From contig OZ025749.1 in assembly GCA_964019335.1 (NCBI GenBank), positions 248,001 to 312,000 of the forward strand: DNA of 64,000 nucleotides. The letters run 5' to 3'. Positions within the stretch are counted from its first letter, which is position 1; the number at the start of each line of letters is the position of its first letter. The notes under the pieces were generated by a model, which worked only from the letters and a program-made list of their open reading frames with translations, was not told the origin of the DNA and did not search any database. This stretch comes from Diplonema japonicum. Its lineage: Eukaryota; Protista; Euglenozoa: Diplonemea. This document shows, piece by piece, positions 56,368-64,000 of the stretch. The position numbers were made by a program, and so were the translations under genes.

Positions 56368-58401
56368 ATGGCGACTGACAGCGAGAGGAGTGTGCAGAAG
56401 GTAGAGGCTGTGCTGGGGGCGGCGGGGAGGATTGGTGGCCTGTACCTGTCATGCGGCGGGAGGGAAGTGTTTGAATGTTTAAAGGAAGGAGGGTTCGAGG
56501 CATTCAAGAGCAAATACCACGCAGTACTAGGCGGGGTGCTAAAGGGCCTTAACTGCGAGCAGCTTCACGAGATAGCCAGCGACAGCAGCGTAGTCGAGTA
56601 CTTAGGAACGCAATGTGGGGAAGGCGAGCAGCGTGCGGTTCAGATGCTCCAGCACGCACTGGCTGCACGATACGACGATGAAGAGCTTCGAGAGTGGGCA
56701 CGCGTGCAGCTCGCAGAACACGTCGACAACGAACTGGTGAGCAGCGGGATAGCACCGAGCCTCACAAGGCGCATAAGAGCCTGGCTTACCGACTACCTCT
56801 CTAACACGGAGGATGAAATCCAAACAGGTGTCCAGTCCTATGTCACAATTGTCTCTGGCTTGCTTTCCAAGATGAACCTCGATCCTAGCCTCCCCGCCAT
56901 GTGCCGCAGCTGTTCCATTCCCTGCGACAACGATGCCATGTTCCTTCTCTCTGCCGCCGCCACGCCTCCCGACACTAATAGGTTCAGTGAGGTGCTCACC
57001 CTGCACAACCCCGCGCTTCTCCTCAGCACCCTCATCGACACCAACCCTGCTATCGGTGCAGGCTGTAAAGAGCTCTTCGCCTCCTGCACGCCGGAGGAAA
57101 GCCTCCTCCAAGAATATCACCGCCTTCTCTCCATAGAGATCGGCGAGAAGCTGAAGTCCTCCAACATCGAGGGCCTTGAGGTCGCCCGCCTCATGTTTGC
57201 CACAGCAGGTGCGGCCGACTACAAAAGGCTTGCTGACAAGTACTACCAAGAGCTGTACAGGGAGTACGCTGCGCTCGACACGGCGGTGGACCATGGTCTC
57301 AGGACGCACATGGAAACGCGCCAGCTAGCCTTTTATCTGATCGCCGGCATCAGCGAGCGTTTGTTTGAAGCGCTAAAGCAGTACTACAGACAGCTGTCAG
57401 TTGTCCTGAAGCACGCGAGAAGGTCCATGGAGGGGTACGTGCGACACGTGCAGCAGGAGATGCGGAGCGATGTGGCAGCCTCCTTGCATCCCGACTTCTC
57501 GAAAGACCTCCGAGAGGTGGTGTGGGAGTTGGGAGGCCTCGAGAGGAACGTGGAAGAGGTTTTGAAGAGAAACAGGATGCAGATCAGCCAGCAGAACTAC
57601 GAAGAGCTCACGGACCAGGCCCTCCTGAAGGTGTATTCGGAGTTCGACAGCAGCGTGCCTTGCGGACACAAGCCGTCTCTTGCTGCACAGATTGGCGGCA
57701 TTGCGCAACCTGCTTTGACAGAGGTCGAGGGTGTTGACTGGGAAAGACCCTTCGCCACCCTCTTCCTGATGCCTGTGCTTGAAGTGGAATTCATCATCCA
57801 CAGAGAGCAAGCCATGGTGGCGGACAGACCCACCTTCTTGACCTTGTCAAAGATATTGAAGTCGCCACCTAAAGTGCACGGAGTAGGGACACTAGTCACG
57901 TTTTATCACGGTGTGCGGACTTACGAAGGTGTTGTAACAAGAGCAGCTGGAGGGCAGTACGAGATAGAGGCAGACGACGGGAGATGTTTCAAAGGCGTGC
58001 GGGACATGGAGATCGTGAGGGTAGAGGCGTATAGCAGAAGTGTGTCCCCCGAGCACATGCGCGATTTAAAGGAAGTCATGACATTCGAGTGCAGCATCAA
58101 GCAAGTGTCCACTTCTGTGGCCCGGGATGGTGACTCTGCGTTGCCCCTCGTGCCACGTTCTCCTGAGTCAATAGCGCCCAATGAACAACCGTTGACTCCA
58201 CACCGGCTGCCAACCCCGGAGCCCGAACCTTCTGTTACGTCTCTTAAGCAGCACATCGCAGATCTCAGTGCTGAGAATGCCGTGTTGCGATCCAACAATA
58301 AGAAGTTGTTGGCCAAGTACAAGCTGATTAAAAGGAAATTCCAAGCAGCGGAAAGGTCAAAACGGAAGAGGGGGAAGACTAGCTCACAACAGTCTCTGTG
58401 A
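56368..58401 (+). CDS. Hypothetical protein with Tudor/SH3-like segment and C-terminal coiled coil
   Basis: 677-aa ORF; VGTLV..YEGVV...GQYEI..DDG resembles a Tudor-like barrel. Confidence 0.8.
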   Translation: MATDSERSVQKVEAVLGAAGRIGGLYLSCGGREVFECLKEGGFEAFKSKYHAVLGGVLKGLNCEQLHEIASDSSVVEYLGTQCGEGEQRAVQMLQHALAARYDDEELREWARVQLAEHVDNELVSSGIAPSLTRRIRAWLTDYLSNTEDEIQTGVQSYVTIVSGLLSKMNLDPSLPAMCRSCSIPCDNDAMFLLSAAATPPDTNRFSEVLTLHNPALLLSTLIDTNPAIGAGCKELFASCTPEESLLQEYHRLLSIEIGEKLKSSNIEGLEVARLMFATAGAADYKRLADKYYQELYREYAALDTAVDHGLRTHMETRQLAFYLIAGISERLFEALKQYYRQLSVVLKHARRSMEGYVRHVQQEMRSDVAASLHPDFSKDLREVVWELGGLERNVEEVLKRNRMQISQQNYEELTDQALLKVYSEFDSSVPCGHKPSLAAQIGGIAQPALTEVEGVDWERPFATLFLMPVLEVEFIIHREQAMVADRPTFLTLSKILKSPPKVHGVGTLVTFYHGVRTYEGVVTRAAGGQYEIEADDGRCFKGVRDMEIVRVEAYSRSVSPEHMRDLKEVMTFECSIKQVSTSVARDGDSALPLVPRSPESIAPNEQPLTPHRLPTPEPEPSVTSLKQHIADLSAENAVLRSNNKKLLAKYKLIKRKFQAAERSKRKRGKTSSQQSL

Positions 58402-58482
58402 AAAGGGAAAGGTTCGCCTCCCCCCAATTTCTTCTTCTTCTTCTTCTTCTTCCATCCTTTTTGAATCAGCCCCTCACAGGAC

Positions 58483-58770
58483 ATGGAGGGCGCAGTGGAA
58501 CCACAAAAATGTGTCAATTGCGAACAGGAGTACACGGATAAGGGAAATTACAATGGAGCTTGCTGCTACCATCCAGGGGCATATGGCAGGTGCGGGCCTA
58601 TTAAGAAGGGGAATGGTTGGACTTGCTGCGGGCGAGATATCCACGAAAAGGGATGCAACACTGGGATGCACAAGAAAGCGCTTGAGCAACACCACCGCCT
58701 CCTTGAGGACATGGAGCAACTCATGAGGAAGAACAATGAAAACAAAGAAAATAAGGGCAAACAAAATTAA
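58483..58770 (+). CDS. Small Cys/His zinc-finger protein, or last exon of the preceding gene
   Basis: CxxC..C.YHPG..WTCC..GC..G.H (Btk/CHORD-like); a possible intron ~58398-58469 would join it in frame. Confidence 0.65.
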   Translation: MEGAVEPQKCVNCEQEYTDKGNYNGACCYHPGAYGRCGPIKKGNGWTCCGRDIHEKGCNTGMHKKALEQHHRLLEDMEQLMRKNNENKENKGKQN

Positions 58771-59000
58771 ACAATAAGCAGGGGGGGGGGGGGGGGGGGG
58801 ACAACCGGTGGTAGTTTCTCGACTGTATATACATTTTACCCATTATTTTACGTAGATCTGTTGTGTGATTTCTTTTTTACAAAAAAAAGTGAGATCCGTT
58901 TGCCGTGCAGCGTGCTACTCTTACCCTTCTTTAAAAATATCTCTTCTTCTTATACACACGGGTGGATCGTTGATAGTACCTTCAAGTCACCAAAAGGGCA

Positions 59001-60110
59001 ATGTCTGACGTGCGGTACCTTCACCTGTCGAGTACACTAAATGTCAGCATCAACTCCAGCAGCAGTGGTGTCTGGCAGTCCGAAGCGTTGCCCATCAACG
59101 GCGAGCAATGGGTGGCCACTACAGACCTGGCACCCTCCGCAGGCGAACAACGTAGCACAGTGAGAGAGTATAGCATACCCCTTCTCAAGAGCGGGCTTCA
59201 AAAAGCTGTCCGGAGAAGGAAGGAACACGCCGCAGTGTGTCTTTTGCTGCAGCTTCTGTTACAGAAAGGCGGGGCTTTGGAGGTGCTCAGAAGACTACCG
59301 ATAATATGCATTGAGGACTCCGTGCCGCACCCTTTGATATGCCTCAGCCTGTGGTGCATGCTTGCGTGCAGCAAAGGTTACGACTTACCGATAGAGGTCA
59401 TAAAAGGCCTTCTGGAAGGGACGTGGGAAATTACAAAAATAGAGAAACGGCTGTGCGTTCGGACGAAGGACCACATTGAGGACAAGTCTGCAGACTTAAT
59501 GACGGCGTGCATCACGATGCGCAGAGCGTATGGCGGGATGCAGGGCGATATGAAGATGCTTGAGAGTTACGAAAAGGCCGACCTTTCAGCATGCAGGTGG
59601 ATGTACAGCAGCGAGCACGAGCCTATGAACTTGACGGAGAAGGATTTAATAAACTACGTGCTCCCTGAAAGCAGCAAGCTTCTTGAAGGTGTTGACTTTC
59701 ATTGCTTTAGGTTCCTGCTGCCCAAGGTGTCGTCTCGGTGCGTCGAAATGGGCTTTCCCTTTGCAACTGAGAACTATGTGTCTCACCTCTGGTGGTCTTT
59801 CCGCTCCGGCGTTTACAAGGAAAAGCTGCTCGTCGATTTGAACGGAGCCGCGGTCGCTCCCTCGCCTCCAGGGGAGGATGAACCCTACTGGGGGCTTATA
59901 GAACCCATCGTAAATGAAGTCATTGCGGAGGTCGACCCGTGGGGCATGTCGCCTGTTGAAAGGCCCAAGCTTCCAGGGTCGCAGCCACAAGGGGCCGCAA
60001 AGACTCAAAAGCGCAAAGCCGACAAGCAGCCCACCATTGCCGATTATTTGGCAAAAAAGCAAAAGCCGTTTCCTGTTAAGAACGCGAACGAGGTTATTGT
60101 AATAGATTGA
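59001..60110 (+). CDS. MgsA/RarA C-terminal-like helical domain protein with PIP-box-like tail
   Basis: LKSGLQKAVRR ... LRRLPIICIED; no Walker A; KQPTIADYL near the C-terminus. Confidence 0.7.
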   Translation: MSDVRYLHLSSTLNVSINSSSSGVWQSEALPINGEQWVATTDLAPSAGEQRSTVREYSIPLLKSGLQKAVRRRKEHAAVCLLLQLLLQKGGALEVLRRLPIICIEDSVPHPLICLSLWCMLACSKGYDLPIEVIKGLLEGTWEITKIEKRLCVRTKDHIEDKSADLMTACITMRRAYGGMQGDMKMLESYEKADLSACRWMYSSEHEPMNLTEKDLINYVLPESSKLLEGVDFHCFRFLLPKVSSRCVEMGFPFATENYVSHLWWSFRSGVYKEKLLVDLNGAAVAPSPPGEDEPYWGLIEPIVNEVIAEVDPWGMSPVERPKLPGSQPQGAAKTQKRKADKQPTIADYLAKKQKPFPVKNANEVIVID

Positions 60111-60181
60111 TGTACATTGTTCCGTCATTTTTTTTCTTTCTTTTGGAAATTTAAAAAAAAAAAGAAAATCCTCTAGGTAAC

Positions 60182-61527
60182 ATGAGGCTCCCTGTGTTGC
60201 TGACCTTGTGCGTGGGCGTCGCGTTGTGTGCGAACGAGACCAACCCCTTCCTGGCCGATGCAGACAGGGAGGTCGCCATTCACGAGCTGACAACGGCTTA
60301 TTTCAATGCCTACGTCAAGGTGAAGAAGAAGGGGTACCACGTTGTTGTCCTTGAGAACCTCCCCAAGGAAAGGCACGAACTAGAGTGTCCCGCCCACTGC
60401 ACATGGATGGACAAGCAGTTTAGCGGGATGGCAGAGGCTTACCTGACGCAGAGGAATGGAAAGCTGGTGTACGAATACGACGGAAGGCAGCTGTACTTCG
60501 CACGAGTCTCCAGTGAGAGCAGGAGGCCTACCCTGATGTTGTTTAAAAGCAATGATGCTAGGGGCACCAAATACGGACACGCTAACTTGCTTGAACCTGC
60601 CAAAAAAGAACCAGCACATGAAAAGCTGGTCAAAGAGAACAGGGAGAAGTTGGGAAAGACATTGAAAAGTGTACGCAGGGCTGACGCGCGCAGCGAGCGG
60701 AGGCGACGACAGTTCACAACGCAGGAGGTCCGCGAGGAGGGGATGTACGGTGTGCGGGACTACCAGATGCCGTGGATGAACAACTTGTGCAAATGGATTA
60801 AGCTGGAGACAAAGCACCTTTTGCACGAGTGCCCGCAAGACGTGGACAGGAACATTGCAGCCACCGAGAAGAAGAGCGAGACTGGAAAGCAGATCCTCGT
60901 TGCCATCATCGGGGTCAGCTCCCTTCTGTATGTGTACGTTCAGTAAGACATCCCTTACAGGTACATCGCCCGTGCGTTTGGTATTCTGCTCAAGCCAATA
61001 GACTCGTCTGCAGAGGACAAGAAGCGCCTCTTGCACAAGGCTAAGTACATTGCTGAATTGCAGGACGAGCATGTGATGCACAGCATTGTGGATGGTTGGT
61101 GGCAGGTGTGGACAACACTGGCATTCCTCGCTTGTTTGGTGCTTGTTTCCTGTTGTGCATCTGGAATGTACTGGAACTTCCTGAACAAGCAGCCCCTGTT
61201 AGGTGGGGATTTTGGTGCACCTTACCCAAGGTTCACAGGATGGACCAAGTCCCTCCCCATGCAATCCGTGGCCATTGCGCTGGCTGTGTCGACCGCCAGT
61301 CTCTCTCTCCTTGCGCTTGGTAGAGTGGTATGGTGTACAATACAACAACAAGCAAATCACAGGCAACTATTAACTACGTGTACCTCAAGTTTCCGTTGTT
61401 TTTCGTATGCACCTGTCTCTGGGTCGCTTCTGGCAGCTTCTTGCTGTACCTCTTCGTGGAGCGCAACCAGTACTACCTCCAGAACACGTTCATGCATGAC
61501 AAGCTCCATATCTACCTTGGAAAATAG
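60182..61527 (+). CDS. OST3/OST6-like oligosaccharyltransferase subunit; introns ~60928-60960 and 61328-61362
   Basis: Signal peptide; thioredoxin-like lumenal part (ELT...F..Y...YHVVV..CPAHC..F...A..Y); four TM helices with SGMYWN....P. Confidence 0.6.
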
Positions 61528-61964
61528 TGTTTTCGCCGTCCGATTAGTGTGACCAACAGGCGACGACCGTCTGTTGTTGCTCTTTCCCTTTTTTTTTGTT
61601 CGTTTTGTTTGTGTCACAGAAACAAAGCCTGACCAGTTTAAAGGAAGAAAAAAAAAAAGAAAATGAGACCATGAAAACATCCTAAGGCTAAGGAATATTA
61701 TTAATTCCTTTGTGTTCCACAACGAGCACACGAAGGATGGGAGGGAAAACTGGATAAACAAAGAAAAAAAGTACGTCTTGCTCGGGGTTTGCCAGTGGGT
61801 GAATGGCGGGTTTCAAAGAACGTATGTTCTTGTAGACAACTTCAAGAATATTGAGTGCGCTGTGCTGCAACTTTAAGTTCTTCTTTTTTGTCCCTTTTTC
61901 CTGCACGACAAACCAACAAAAACCAGGTTATCCCCCTTTTTTTAAAACCACTTCCCCAACACAA

Positions 61965-63620
61965 ATGTGGCGTGCAGCATGCTCTGTGGCCCTTGTCGGG
62001 CTGCTTGCGGTGCCTTCAGCGGCGCACCTGACTGTGGTGTGCACGGCGACGTCGCCGCAGCAACCAAACTCATTCGCCTTCTGGTTCATGACCTACGACC
62101 ACAGCCCTGATGTGGACAAGGCGCCTGGGATGGTGTACATCAAGGACCCCAGTGCGAACGTGGTGCAGGCGGAGTTCTCGAACTTCTGCAAACCCGGTGC
62201 GGGGGCGGGGCTGCCGAAGGGAGGAGCCACGGTGGACGCGTTCGAAAGCCTTTTGAAAACGCACTGCCTGGGACTGTCTGACCCGAGCGGGAGGGTCCCC
62301 ATCTTCTCGGACAGCCAGATGACCTGCTACAACCCAGACACGAACAACCCTATCCCCCACTACGCCCTGGGGGTGACGGGGAGCACCGCCGTCGACACCC
62401 CTTACCACACGAGCGTCATGACAGACTACTACTTCGTGGTGGTGGAGAACACGAACGGGGGCGCGTTGAAGTCAGGGAGCTACGTGACTTGGTTCACAGG
62501 GACGGACCAGAACATGGACCCCTGCAGCACGGACTACCCCTGCTCCCTCGCCTCGCAGGCCTGGACCTTCGACATCTCTGTGATCAACGGGGGCCCGAGG
62601 TGCAAGACGGCTCCTCCCTCTTCCCTGACGGCCAACGTGGTCCCTGCGACTCTCAGCCAGTGCGACGGGTCGGTGCTCTCCATCTTCGTGGGGGAGGTGT
62701 GCCAGGCGCAGTGCGAGGCTGGCTACTCGAAGGCCGGGGTGCTGGAGTGCGTGGACAACGGGGACGGGACGGGGTCCTGGAGCAGCGGCTTCGCCTGCAC
62801 GAACGACGTGGTGTGCGAGGTACCGTCGGCGGCGAACCAGAACAACCACCTCATCAGCCCGGACATCAAGGGAGTGCTTCCCCCGTGCGGGGCGCTCACC
62901 CCCGCGGACACGAGCTGCCCGTACACCTGCAACGGGTTCGGAAACCAGGCGGGTCCCGGGAAGATCAGGTGCACCAACGTGAACGGGAAGGGGGTGTGGA
63001 AGGCGGACGTGGCTGCGGGAGGGTACGACGGATGCGCTTGGACGGTCGCCCCTCCTCCCACCCCGCAGCCCACCAATGCGCCGTGCAATGACGGGGTGGA
63101 GGTGGTGGTGGGGGCAGGACCTTCTTCTGCTGTCCTTCTCGGGACCCCTTTGGACGGGGAGGACCGCTTCGAAGGCAGTGGGGTGAGGCTCACCAGGATC
63201 CCTTCGAGCTTTCAACAGATGAGGCTGCACGTCCCCGCCCTCCCTGTGGCCGAGGGGACCTCGATGGAGCTGAAGTGCTGTGGAACGGAGGTGTGCGAGT
63301 TCGTGGTGTCCCACTACCACTGCCCTCCTTGCTCTAGAACGGTGAACGGGGGCTTCCCCTCCCTCCTTCCCCTCTCTGGTTTTACGTCCGCCTCCTGCGC
63401 ACCTCGGTACGGCACCACAGAGCAGAGGATGGTCTCCTACAGGATCCAGGTGCAGCCGGGGGAGTCCGTTGAGGTCCCCAAGACCACCACAGAGGCCTCC
63501 TCTTTCGTCGTCTTCAGCCAGACTGGGGCCCTTCCCAGTGATTGGTGTCCTGCTCTGGAAAACAGGGGTTGTGGAGGACCCTGTCCCGTCACCGTTTGCT
63601 CTTGCCACACTACCTTGTGA
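61965..63620 (+). CDS. Secreted Cys-rich protein with sushi/CCP-like repeats
   Basis: Signal peptide; C..G..C...C..GY...G.L.C...G.W repeats; Pro/Thr linker; C-terminal Cys domain (YHCPPCS..NGG). Confidence 0.85.
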   Translation: MWRAACSVALVGLLAVPSAAHLTVVCTATSPQQPNSFAFWFMTYDHSPDVDKAPGMVYIKDPSANVVQAEFSNFCKPGAGAGLPKGGATVDAFESLLKTHCLGLSDPSGRVPIFSDSQMTCYNPDTNNPIPHYALGVTGSTAVDTPYHTSVMTDYYFVVVENTNGGALKSGSYVTWFTGTDQNMDPCSTDYPCSLASQAWTFDISVINGGPRCKTAPPSSLTANVVPATLSQCDGSVLSIFVGEVCQAQCEAGYSKAGVLECVDNGDGTGSWSSGFACTNDVVCEVPSAANQNNHLISPDIKGVLPPCGALTPADTSCPYTCNGFGNQAGPGKIRCTNVNGKGVWKADVAAGGYDGCAWTVAPPPTPQPTNAPCNDGVEVVVGAGPSSAVLLGTPLDGEDRFEGSGVRLTRIPSSFQQMRLHVPALPVAEGTSMELKCCGTEVCEFVVSHYHCPPCSRTVNGGFPSLLPLSGFTSASCAPRYGTTEQRMVSYRIQVQPGESVEVPKTTTEASSFVVFSQTGALPSDWCPALENRGCGGPCPVTVCSCHTTL

Positions 63621-63725
63621 TGATGATGATGGTGATGGGCAAGAGCGAGAATAATATTTTCTTTTTTTTTACAAAAACTTATCCTTCAAAAAATAATTTT
63701 ATATCTCGAGCGAAAAAAACTCAAA

Positions 63726-63856
63726 AATTTTATAACTATATGCAACTTGTGCATTTTATAACTATATGCAGCTTATTTGCTGAATCCCAGTTTTTTAAAG
63801 CCTTTTTGCTCGTGCGAACAACGAGCAAGACATTTAGTCATAACGAATTATATTTT
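63726..63856. repeat. Dispersed repeat, copy 2 (see 8983-9100), with internal duplication of TTTTATAACTATATGCA
   Basis: Direct sequence comparison. Confidence 0.75.
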
Positions 63857-64000
63857 CACCCATGTTTTTATCTACCGGTAGGTAAAACCTTTTGTTTCCT
63901 CTTGTTCCCTCTCTTTTCAAAACAACTTCTTTGCTCCCTTTTTATTAATAAAGAAAAAAGAAAGAATCGTATTTTTAAGGTAGAAGAACAAACGATAGTC

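Noticed and set aside
5514-63608. Long minus-strand ORFs (e.g. 5514-6296, 25131-26141, 47316-48527, 62472-63608)
   Set aside because: Antisense shadows of GC-rich + strand genes; no motifs
1-64000. tRNA, rRNA or spliced-leader RNA genes; non-canonical introns
   Set aside because: None recognisable by eye; all inferred introns are GT-AG

Overview
Eukaryotic protist DNA, most consistent with a diplonemid (Euglenozoa). About 26 host genes are all on the + strand, as in polycistronic clusters. They carry about 25 very short (32-80 nt) GT-AG introns and are separated by spacers dominated by homopolymer runs. Recognisable products: L-rhamnose mutarotase-like protein, SWSAP1-like RecA-fold ATPase, kinesin-14, Ubl-LRR protein, TBC-like protein, a three-domain fused RidA plus a single-domain RidA, CCCH-finger Q-rich protein, SAM-kinesin-13, four-domain Ca2+ channel, acylated WD40 protein, Pam16, TTC25-like TPR protein, SLBP-PB1 fusion, OST3/6-like protein and a secreted Cys-rich protein. 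Mobile DNA includes a hAT derivative, two piggyBac derivatives, a pogo element inside an intron, a Crypton-like tyrosine recombinase fragment, two non-LTR fragments and several MITE/SINE-like islands. Most notable are the single-chain RidA pseudo-trimer ending in a PTS1-like GKL, and micro-introns with poly(A) where a polypyrimidine tract is expected. Also notable: a gene duplication bracketing a three-class TE mosaic with template-switch scars, a run-extension substitution signature in paired repeats, and a tetraloop-rich ~360-nt structured island. All family assignments come from motif recognition by eye; no searches were run.
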